Origin: a virus
Taxonomy: Duplodnaviria > Caudoviricetes
Virus record (IMG/VR): IMGVR_UViG_3300043077_000092
Length of the DNA: 64,000 nt
Direction: 5' to 3' (one strand)
Made by a program: the position numbers and the translations under genes. Below the pieces are notes generated by a model. That model was not told the DNA's origin, ran no database searches, and saw only the letters and a program-made list of their open reading frames with translations. The number at the start of each line of letters is the position of its first letter. The first letter of the stretch is position 1. Of the stretch, positions 11,442 through 20,500 are shown piece after piece.

Positions 11442-11448
11442 TATATTA
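11442..11448 (+). promoter_or_regulatory. Early-type promoter motif TATATTA upstream of peptide unit 1
   Basis: Same heptamer recurs at about 9 operon starts; resembles phiKZ/AR9 early promoter core. Confidence 0.6.
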
Positions 11449-11500
11449 GATATGAGTAAGCAAAGAAAGATTGGCTTACCAAGAAAGGAGGTGAATCCTC

Positions 11501-11707
11501 ATGGCAAACCAAAAAGGGTTTGGTAACACGGCATCATTACCGTGTTACCAACCAGTCAACACCCAACCTAGTTGGGTACATGGATATCCGAGCACCAATC
11601 GGACGTTCATGGATGAGTACGAATCACATCGTGCTCATGTTAATGACAACCCTGAGATGTTTGCACGAGACGTAAGTGTCATTATGAACTTACTGAGTGC
11701 AATGTAG
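11501..11707 (+). CDS. Small peptide family copy 1 (68 aa) in hairpin-rich mRNA
   Basis: SD AAAGGAGGTGA; shares F..YES.RA..DNPE.F.RD...I.N.LS with 13908..14117; own terminator. Confidence 0.75.
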   Translation: MANQKGFGNTASLPCYQPVNTQPSWVHGYPSTNRTFMDEYESHRAHVNDNPEMFARDVSVIMNLLSAM

Positions 11708-11723
11708 CTAGGTTTGTCTCATC

Positions 11724-11766
11724 AAAAATATAGGGTGGATGAGTTATTGTCCACCCTATATTTTTT
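11724..11766 (+). terminator. Intrinsic terminator of peptide unit 1
   Basis: AAAAATATAGGGTGGA / TCCACCCTATATTTTT stem ending in T-tract. Confidence 0.85.
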
Positions 11767-11844
11767 GTGTAAAGCAACTTTGTTTATTATAAAGTTCATA
11801 GATAAAAAACAATGCTGATTTGACAATAGAGGAGGTGATTCCTT

Positions 11845-11998
11845 ATGGCAAACCAGCATTGTTGTGATAATGGTGGCATGTACCATTACCAAGTTCGTAC
11901 ATCTCCCAGTTATGGGAATCATAGATATTCGAGCACCACCGATCGAACATTCTTAGATAAATACGAATATGCGTCTTATCTTGAACGCATTACTGTAA
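11845..11998 (+). pseudogene. Small peptide family copy 2, frameshifted by ~47-nt internal deletion
   Basis: MANQ...DRTFLDKYE matches copy 1; the family C-terminus (MRLILNALL*, 11969-11998) lies in another frame; the track ORF reads on through the terminator to 12090. Confidence 0.7.
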
Positions 11999-12024
11999 TG
12001 TATCATGAATTTCACAAAATTAAG

Positions 12025-12060
12025 AATGGGTGGGTAACTTCGGTTCCCACCCATTTTTTT
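12025..12060 (+). terminator. Intrinsic terminator of peptide unit 2
   Basis: AATGGGTGGG..AAC-TTCG-GTT..CCCACCCATT followed by T-tract. Confidence 0.85.
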
Positions 12061-12102
12061 GTATTACTATTTCGGATTTCAACCTACTAGACAATCTGCA
12101 AA

Positions 12103-12109
12103 TATATTA
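12103..12109 (+). promoter_or_regulatory. Early-type promoter motif TATATTA upstream of ABC exporter
   Basis: Exact motif ~57 nt before ATG. Confidence 0.55.
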
Positions 12110-12165
12110 ATTATATAGGATACAGAAACCACGGAATCTTAAATATAAAAGAGGAGGTAAGATAT

Positions 12166-13866
12166 ATGAAATATCTTAAAGAGGCAGCGTTCAAAACAAA
12201 ATCGGTGTATATAATCGCCGTGAGTGTAGTAATCTCTATAGTATGTACTACTATAAATACCGAGATACTCATTTGGATTTCCAATGCAGTTACTAATTAT
12301 AAAGATCCAATGCATTGGGTTAATCTGGTTATAATCGGTTGTGTTTCTATAATAGTACTTGCTATAGTTAGACCATGGTTTAATAATATAGGAAACCATA
12401 AAGTCTACACTTACCTTTATAATCGACTTACTGACAAGTTGGTTTGCGCTGATTATGATTTGTACACGAAGTTCTCGCCGGGTGAAATAATCACTACAGC
12501 AGAAAGTTTATGGAACATAACTCGTCTAGTCATATTGTCACTTAATATGATTAGAAATCTGATTACATTCATCATTACTATGATCGCAATCGGATTAATT
12601 GCGCCTAAGGTAATCGTTCCTATTGGTATTGTCTATATAATAGCTGCAATTGTATTGTATATTGCAACTAAGAAATGGAACGAGGCTGACGAAGAGTTAG
12701 ATTCTAATAAGCGTAAACGTAATAGGGAACTTGACGAGATAATAAATGGATTTGCTGAGGTACGCTCATTTAGTCATGCAGTTGAGCATCATCAGAAGTC
12801 GATAACAAGCATGAACAACAGTGTTCTCTCAATGATTGGAAAGAGAATCAGGGTTGATTCATTCATAACTGTTTGGTATCAGGTAATTGATGGTGCAGTT
12901 ACAGTCGGCATATTGGCATACGTTATCCTTGCACTGAATAATGGTTCTATGACATCATCTGCAACGGCAGTGACTTTAGCAATGTATGCTTGGAGATTGA
13001 TTGAACCTATGGCTTCATTTGTTGACTCTCTTAGCGAAGTATCTTCATGTAAAGCACCGTTACCAAAATTTGAACGTGTGATGAATTATGAGAATACTGT
13101 ACCAACTGGTTCAATTGATCTTGAGTCATTTGACAGGGAAATTCAGTTCAACCATGTAGATTTCTCATACGATAAGTCTAGTTACGTATTGAACGATGTT
13201 TCCTTCAGTGTAAAGAAAGGAGAACATATCGGAATATGTGGACCAACAGGCGGAGGAAAATCTACGTTGTTAAAGCTTGTTCCAAAGTTCTATGATGTAA
13301 CTGGTGGTTCGATCACAATTGATGGGATTAACTTAAAGGATCTTACAACTACATCAGTTAGAGAGCATATCGGGATAGTACACCAGTCTCCATACATTTT
13401 TGATGGTTCTATTATGAGCAATATTAAGTATGCTGGTTTCAATAGAACGTCTAGTGGAAACTCAGTTACTGATGCAGAAGTTATTGATGCTTGTAAGAAA
13501 GCGTCAATCTATGATTTTGTAATGTCACTTCCAGATAAGTTCGAAACCCAGGTTGGACCAAGAGGTCTCAAACTTTCTGGTGGGCAAAAGCAAAGAATAG
13601 CATTAGCTCGTTTATTCATCAGTAATCCAGATATCATAATATTGGACGAAGCTACTTCAGCGTTGGATAATGAAACGGAGAGATTTGTACAAGATTCTCT
13701 AAATGCATTTAGAGATAAGACTATGATAGTTGTTGCTCATCGATTATCAACTATAAAGAATTCAGACAAGATTATTGTAATTGATGAGCATCGCGTTGTG
13801 GAACAAGGTACTCATGAGGAACTCATCGAGAAGAAAGGATTATATGAATCCATGTATAATAACTAA
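12166..13866 (+). CDS. ABC exporter half-transporter (fused TMD+NBD, MsbA/Sav1866-like)
   Basis: About 6 hydrophobic segments then Walker A GPTGGGKST, Q-loop, LSGGQKQR, Walker B IIILDEATSALD, H-loop AHRL; no N-terminal peptidase domain. Confidence 0.95.
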   Translation: MKYLKEAAFKTKSVYIIAVSVVISIVCTTINTEILIWISNAVTNYKDPMHWVNLVIIGCVSIIVLAIVRPWFNNIGNHKVYTYLYNRLTDKLVCADYDLYTKFSPGEIITTAESLWNITRLVILSLNMIRNLITFIITMIAIGLIAPKVIVPIGIVYIIAAIVLYIATKKWNEADEELDSNKRKRNRELDEIINGFAEVRSFSHAVEHHQKSITSMNNSVLSMIGKRIRVDSFITVWYQVIDGAVTVGILAYVILALNNGSMTSSATAVTLAMYAWRLIEPMASFVDSLSEVSSCKAPLPKFERVMNYENTVPTGSIDLESFDREIQFNHVDFSYDKSSYVLNDVSFSVKKGEHIGICGPTGGGKSTLLKLVPKFYDVTGGSITIDGINLKDLTTTSVREHIGIVHQSPYIFDGSIMSNIKYAGFNRTSSGNSVTDAEVIDACKKASIYDFVMSLPDKFETQVGPRGLKLSGGQKQRIALARLFISNPDIIILDEATSALDNETERFVQDSLNAFRDKTMIVVAHRLSTIKNSDKIIVIDEHRVVEQGTHEELIEKKGLYESMYNN

Positions 13867-13869
13867 AAA

Positions 13870-13929
13870 TAAACAAGTGATCAGTAAATTGAAAGGAGGT
13901 GATTCCTATGATTACTGATCACTTGTTTA
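13870..13929 (+). promoter_or_regulatory. Perfect 18-bp stem enclosing RBS and start codon of peptide copy 3
   Basis: TAAACAAGTGATCAGTAA (13870-13887) / TTACTGATCACTTGTTTA (13912-13929) flank AAAGGAGGTGATTCCT-ATG. Confidence 0.8.
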
Positions 13930-14117
13930 GTGATCCCAACAAGACAAGTCTTGTTGGGTCGGTTCCATACTCAATGAGTAATAGGAACCAGCGTCATGAT
14001 ACTCGGTCCCCAGATTTGAGTTTCATGACAGGGTATGAGTCTAATCGTGCCCGAATAAGTGATAATCCCGAAGCATTTTCTCGGGATATGCGTTTCATAC
14101 TAAACGCATTATCTTAA
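13908..14117 (+). CDS. Small peptide family copy 3 (69 aa, MITDHLFS...) in hairpin-rich mRNA
   Basis: ATG 13908 after AAAGGAGGTGA; paralogous to 11501..11707. Confidence 0.75.
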   Translation: MITDHLFSDPNKTSLVGSVPYSMSNRNQRHDTRSPDLSFMTGYESNRARISDNPEAFSRDMRFILNALS

Positions 14118-14139
14118 TGTATTAAGGTATATCACAATT

Positions 14140-14179
14140 TATAGGGGAGATGGTTTTATTCATCTCCCCTATATTTTTT
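14140..14179 (+). terminator. Intrinsic terminator of peptide unit 3
   Basis: TATAGGGGAGATG / CATCTCCCCTATA + T-tract. Confidence 0.85.
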
Positions 14180-14274
14180 GTATGAATTAACAACCCCTCG
14201 GAACATACAAAAAATGAAGCAGAACAAGATTTACACTCGTTCTGCTTCATTCACGCAGCGATATTTAACCGATC

Positions 14275-14799
14275 TTACAGGTTCTCTTTAAGATTGTCAG
14301 GGCATGTACTCTTTGCCTTAACCTTGATGAATTCACCCTGACGCTGTTTGGTCTTCTGAGCATCACCCGGACGACGTACTTCCTTGATCGAAGCCTTTAC
14401 TGTTGTAGCCTCGATGCTTGCCTGCATATTCTCCTGTCTTGCAAACGGGAACTTCTTTCCCGTACCAACGATGTATTCACGGACCGTAGACTCAACATAG
14501 TCATACAGCGGTAACTTCGGGAACTGATGGTCTGCAACCAACTTCTCCTGTTCTGCCGCATCGCAGCCGGAAGCCTTTGCAACCGATCCGATAAGACTCT
14601 TTCTGAGATCTGCGATAGGGTTTGACTTAACCTCTACCAACTCACCGTTCTTTACCTTCATCTCAACTTTCTCGTATCCCGGATCATTGAGCAGTGCTGT
14701 ACCGAGCTCATTGAAATATGCCTCATTGAAAGTCTTCTTGTTTCCAGAGCTCTCACATTCTTTGATAATCTTTGCTTTTGTTTCTGCAAATTTACCCAT
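14275..14799 (-). CDS. Basic protein, possibly divergent HU/IHF-like DNA-binding protein
   Basis: Likely start 14799 (MGKFAE) after AAGGAGG; C-terminal GKKF..ASIE..VRRPG..IKVKAK pattern loosely resembles HU beta arms. Confidence 0.4.
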   Translation of the reverse strand: MGKFAETKAKIIKECESSGNKKTFNEAYFNELGTALLNDPGYEKVEMKVKNGELVEVKSNPIADLRKSLIGSVAKASGCDAAEQEKLVADHQFPKLPLYDYVESTVREYIVGTGKKFPFARQENMQASIEATTVKASIKEVRRPGDAQKTKQRQGEFIKVKAKSTCPDNLKENL

Positions 14800-14960
14800 T
14801 GTAGTATCCTCCTTATTAAAAAGATTATTTTGTTTATCGGGTTTACTACGATGTAAACTCAATGAAAACTTATTACTACCGTAATCGCACCCAATTTATT
14901 AAATAGTTATCGTGATTGTGAAAATAAATACAAAATTTGCACAAATCACGACGAACTAAT

Positions 14961-15572
14961 TTAATCGTACTTCATAATGGTGAAATTACCTGTCGGGTAA
15001 TGGACTTCATAATCGGGAGAATCAGAATCTATCTCTTCAAATAACTCCTGATCTTCTTCTCTCATACTACCAGAAGAGTTTTCTCCAGATGCTGCACTAT
15101 AAGACATACCGTTATAGATCTGACTATATTCACAACCGTCACATTGTCCATTTCGATATTCCATACAAGTTTCGCAATCATCACATATGTCACATACTTC
15201 TGGTAGATACCGATTATCGTACTTTATCTTGTTACAATACTCGCATATATATCCTTCGTCAGAATCATCAATCAAATCCTGTTCATTATAAACAAATACC
15301 CCACGCTCAATATTCGAGAGTGGTCTGTTATCCTTCCCATTACAATTCTTCTGACAGCCTGTACATTGGCTACCAGTATAACTACTAAGATCAACTCCTT
15401 TTTCTTCAAGCTTTGCTCGCTTGAATTTGTTAATCCTTTCATTTGTAACTGGATCGTAGATTGCTTTTCGCATATGCGATTCTATACCGCTCTCTTGTTG
15501 TGCAGATATAATCATGTCAATGATTTCATCAACGTTCTTGGATCTAGGACTAAACTCATTAGTGATTGCCAT
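14961..15572 (-). CDS. Cys-rich acidic hypothetical protein (probable metal binder)
   Basis: Several CxxC clusters (CTGCQKNC, CEYC, CDICDDCETC, CDGC); start 15572 after AAAGGAGG; TATATTA at 15607-15613. Confidence 0.7.
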   Translation of the reverse strand: MAITNEFSPRSKNVDEIIDMIISAQQESGIESHMRKAIYDPVTNERINKFKRAKLEEKGVDLSSYTGSQCTGCQKNCNGKDNRPLSNIERGVFVYNEQDLIDDSDEGYICEYCNKIKYDNRYLPEVCDICDDCETCMEYRNGQCDGCEYSQIYNGMSYSAASGENSSGSMREEDQELFEEIDSDSPDYEVHYPTGNFTIMKYD

Positions 15573-15682
15573 ATCCTTACAACCTCCTTTCAATTAATCA
15601 CTCTTTTAATATATATTCAAAAGGGAGAACGAAGTTCACATTGGAAATTCGTTCTCCATAAATTGTAACTTAGATGGTGCAA

Positions 15683-17449
15683 TTACGCCTTTTCGTTTTG
15701 ATCTTCTACTGCAATTGGACTCGGAATTTTTATCAGTAGTCTACGCTCAATTGATGGAACGGATTGAATTAATGCACCTAATGTAATTAACTGTTCTGAA
15801 TCGGCGGAACTAAGTCCAGTAACTAATTCAGTACTATAGTTATTACCGATTAGGCATTGCCTTGATTCATCTATAATGTCTTTGAGTTCCGGACCCTGAA
15901 ACTCCATAGCTTTAACAAAACCGTTCACGGCATTTTCATATCTTTCAGTCTTATCTCTCTGATAATTGAGTCGAATCTCCAAGTCCTCAATAGTTTTCTT
16001 TAAGTCTGCAACCAAATCAATAATCCGCTGGTCATCTTCCGCAAAGTTAAAGAAAACTTTATGAGAAATTTCATCTGAGACTTTAGTACTAAGCTTATTA
16101 ACCATATCATTAATCTGATCAACCATCTTATTCATTACATTAGCGATTATTTCAACCGCATGATTTCCTGCAAAGTAATCAAGATATTCAGATGATATAG
16201 CATATGGTACATCACCTCCTGACTGTTGAAGTGTTTTAACCATATCAGTCAGTTCTTCATATAAACTCTTATTATTCCTGATAAACTTTACCATCAGTTC
16301 TTCATTTTTTCGTATATTATGAAACTGGGTAAGATTATTATCGTTGGTATATAAGAGATGTAGTATGGCATCAGGGAAATACTCAATCATCCGAATATGC
16401 ATACCATACAACCCTTCACTTTCAATCTTATCAGGAAATACAATTTTCAGTAAATCCATAATTCTGGTGTACTGGTCTGTTTCGTTCTTTGCAATAAACT
16501 CCAGTTTTACTCTAAGGGCCTCAACAGCATCCAAAATACGAGTAGTTTCTTCAGATTGCGGCTCTTTTTTATTCTCATCAATTAGTTTACTGATTCCATC
16601 ACAGAAGTATTTCATTATGCGATCATCTTTGGATTCAGACGAATCAGACGAAATCGAGTTAATGTCGGTTGGTATTGGCTCAGCCGGAATAGAAGCCTTA
16701 ATCTTCTCAAACAGTTCCGGTGTACCTTTAGCAAAATCAACAAGGTGTTCCCGTTCAGTTTTCATCGAATGAAGCTGATTACTCAGGGATATATTCTGGA
16801 TATAAAGTGACGAAATTGTATCAAGCATTCCAATCAACAATTCCGAAGCATTAGTTATACTGATACCCTTTTTCGCCGCAGTACAGAATATCTCTTCAAG
16901 AACTGCACGATCCGTCTTAATACGGTTAATGACCAGTTTAGCCGCTACCAACAGTGCTTCATTAGTACAGTCAAATATCACCTGAGTTGTTTCATTCTCA
17001 TCAGATGTATCTTCCTTAGAAGTTTCACTCTGCGTTGTATAGATCGCACCAGATGATATACTACGGGCAAAATCAATTATCGGTTTTGCAATAGTTTCAT
17101 AGTAGCTTTCTTCAGTTCCACAGTATGACCTAAATCTAATGGTAACCTCTTTCTCTGAATCAGCTTTCTCTTCTTCCTGAGTATCTACTTCTTCACTATC
17201 ATTATTTGGTGCCAGTACTAAAGAAGATTCACCAGTGGGGTGATTAACAACCAAGATCTTAACACTCTCCGATTTAGATTGCGTTGACTTTAACAGTACA
17301 ACCGTATATTCGTAGTTAGGGGGAAGCAGACTTGTCATCTCACTTCTTGTGATAACGTAGTCACGTCCATCCTCATCCAAACTCTTTAAAAATCTCTCTA
17401 AGTTAGTTTTTCCAGTTATATTAACTTCACTATCTACTTCATATTTCAT
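15683..17449 (-). CDS. Hypothetical helical/coiled-coil protein (588 aa)
   Basis: Long ORF, SD AAAGGAG, TACA-N6-TA at 17477-17488. Confidence 0.8.
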   Translation of the reverse strand: MKYEVDSEVNITGKTNLERFLKSLDEDGRDYVITRSEMTSLLPPNYEYTVVLLKSTQSKSESVKILVVNHPTGESSLVLAPNNDSEEVDTQEEEKADSEKEVTIRFRSYCGTEESYYETIAKPIIDFARSISSGAIYTTQSETSKEDTSDENETTQVIFDCTNEALLVAAKLVINRIKTDRAVLEEIFCTAAKKGISITNASELLIGMLDTISSLYIQNISLSNQLHSMKTEREHLVDFAKGTPELFEKIKASIPAEPIPTDINSISSDSSESKDDRIMKYFCDGISKLIDENKKEPQSEETTRILDAVEALRVKLEFIAKNETDQYTRIMDLLKIVFPDKIESEGLYGMHIRMIEYFPDAILHLLYTNDNNLTQFHNIRKNEELMVKFIRNNKSLYEELTDMVKTLQQSGGDVPYAISSEYLDYFAGNHAVEIIANVMNKMVDQINDMVNKLSTKVSDEISHKVFFNFAEDDQRIIDLVADLKKTIEDLEIRLNYQRDKTERYENAVNGFVKAMEFQGPELKDIIDESRQCLIGNNYSTELVTGLSSADSEQLITLGALIQSVPSIERRLLIKIPSPIAVEDQNEKA

Positions 17450-17549
17450 ATTGTTCCACTCTCCTTTATTTTTATTTAGGGTTTTGTAAAAATAGACTTA
17501 AGAATATAAGAGTGGTACTCAAATTAGATACCACTCTTAATCCGTCCGT

Positions 17550-20500
17550 TTAAAGAACTAATCGCTCTCCATAGTAAATCACATCCTTTGCAACGTAAGC
17601 GTTTACCGTTGAATCGAGTTCAATATTGGAATTATATCCCTCTTCCAGTCTGGAAAGATTCATCTCGAAGATGGAACGATTCAATTGATCCTTAAAGTCA
17701 AGTCCAGCAAATACAATATCACCCTTGGAGTATTCCTTAGATGCCTCGTACTTGTCATCTGAACTTCTTATGATGTCAAATGTTGTTTCAAGGATAGAAA
17801 GTTTGTTCTTGACCGCTTCTATCTTTTCAGGACTAAAGGATTGATACATTGCAGACTCCTTTGTCGGAGTTGGCTTTGAACCACCATGGACGTCCATATA
17901 CGGTCTATCCTGTTTTTGTTTCTCATTCCAATCAATTCCTGTAAGCATTTCAAATACTGAACGCTTAAGTTCAATCAGAACTTTATATCCCATCATTACG
18001 GTAAGTATAGATGGAGTACCTCTTTGTAGTATTGCAGATGGCGCTAATGGGACATCAATTTCCTCGTATGGTCTAAACATTGTATACGGTTCCAATCCTC
18101 TTGGAATCATATAACCGTTTGTCGCTTTATTAGCAGACATATGAGCAAATTTATCACCATCTGATACTTCATCATGATATGTGACGAAAATCTCAATTAA
18201 GACTCCGTCATGAACATCAACACCTGCAATTTTACCATATTGGTCTGGTTTTATCGTCCCTACAGACTCGTTGAAGAATATTCCACTTCGATAAACGGAG
18301 TTTTTATTCTTATCGTACTTATCCATATAGGAACGACGTTTCCTTTCGTGTGCTTGTACATTATTTACAACCTTTCTTAACGACGGTGTCATCTCTTCAG
18401 GTTCTACCGCAGGGTATACTCTGATACTTGCAACAATTCCATCGTGTTTAGTTGTATATTTGCTCTTTCCAAGGTTTACGATATCTTCCTGTAAGTCCTG
18501 TCTGATAGAATGCATTAATTCACTCATCTCTTCATCCGTATAAGAAGTATCAAACCTAATTAAGTCATCTCCATTATGAACTCGGTCTCCAACTTTGACA
18601 ATAAAGTCAACATCAGAATTTTTACCAAGTACAACGGAAACTTCTTTCATTGTAATATCGGTTGACATTGCACGGCTTAGCCTATAGGTAGACCACATTG
18701 AGTCTTCATAGGTTGCCATGTTAGACAGACAAGCCGCCTTTACCTTTGTACCATACGTAAGTTTGTTACCAAGTAATCCAGTATCTTTGTAGTAATGCTT
18801 ATCAAAAGCAAGGATGGCATCTTTCTTAAACTTATCTCCTTTCTTGAAAGAAGAATCAAGCTTGTTATCAAGATAGAATCCACCGCCACCATTTTGAACA
18901 ATCTTCTTATCCAAATCAATAGCCTGAGTAGTTCCATCTTTGTATTTGATTACCATGATATTTACGTCATCATCTCTGTCAATAACTTCCCCATCCTGTT
19001 TTGCTACATAGGAGAAATCATTTGAAGTACGATACTGAATTGTAGAGTCAAACCCATTTGTGATAAGACATGGGCATTGATCCTTTACAGGAATTGCATG
19101 GCATGATTGCTTACTTGTCATTGCTGTACGGTTAGGGTCATCATGGGCAACTCCCATTGGATATGTCATTTCCTCGGTTGTCATAAGTTTAGTAGCATCT
19201 AAATTCTGAGCGTTTTCACGTCCAACAACATCGAGCATACCATATGCGTTTACAACATTCGGTTCTACAACCAAATGTCTCTCTTTACCACAGTTTCCAG
19301 ATATATCAGTTGAAACTCCGATAAGTCCAACCATATTGTCATGGTAATTACGTTTTTCTTCGCTGTAACTGCGGTCTTTATTCATTCCCACGTAACCTTT
19401 CATCGAAGTTACACCAAATTGCTTTACTTCAACGATTGGAGATAAGGTGCTATAAGAATCAACTGTCGGAAGACTATTCAAAGCCTTAATTACGCAATCG
19501 GGATCGACAGTAAGCTTTGCAGGATTAGCATTGTTAGCTGTCTTTCTATATCTTGCATAAGACTTTGTCATTTCCTTATAGAGAATTGCAGGAATAATCT
19601 CAACATTTCTCAATCTGTAAAGTTTCGGATCAGTATCAATAGAGAAAGTACTATCCGCAAGCATATTACTTGCAAATATCATAAGCGATACCAAATCCTC
19701 TGGATAACCAAGTAACTTCAAGATATCAAGTGTCTTAAAGTCAATCATGAAATCATAGAAGTTGATAAAACCACCTGCATAATATCCACTTCCTAAAAGC
19801 TGTTCAAAGATCGTGATATACGTATCTCTTGAGTCCATCTCTTCAAAGGTAAATTCCTTCATAATAAGGTCAGTGAACCCATTAAAGAGAAGACAAGCTT
19901 CCAGATTGTTCATAGGGTACTTTAAGTATCCATCAGCAAACTGAATATACATGTAGTTGTCTGACTTATTCTCCTTATCAACAAATTCAACCTGAGTTGA
20001 ACCGTTTAAAGTATTGAACTTCTGAACTACAGTTGTTAATCCTTCAAAGAAGCAAACTGCAAATACAAGTGGAAATTTCTTCTCCATCATCTTTACGTCA
20101 TTATGAACGTACTTACGTCCAGAAGATAATTTCTTGAACTCGTCATAATAATCAGGCATAGATTCATTAACGATAAGAGAAACCATATCCTGATGCTCTG
20201 CATTTTTTGTATTATAGACAATAGGAGTTTTGTCTTTGGTATGATAACCAATGATAGACTCTTCAAGTGTAGAGTCTTTATACTTATCTCCAAGTTCATC
20301 TTTGAGCATATCTACTGAGAATACAAAAACGCAATCATTAATAACGATCTTATTGTACTTAGAAGCCAACTCATCATATTCCAAGCAGGTTAAGTAAGGT
20401 TGATTGATAACTGAGTTATCCCCCTTATATACACGAATGGTTGTTCCTGCCGGTCTTTTATCCTGATCAATTAAGACCTTCTTGAATCTTTCCATATTCG

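Noticed and set aside
11501-14117. Classical bacteriocin/RiPP or arbitrium interpretation of the peptides
   Set aside because: No double-glycine leader, Sec signal, C39 domain on the transporter, modifying enzyme or TPR receptor in the window. Peptides are also too polar for typical type I membrane toxins.
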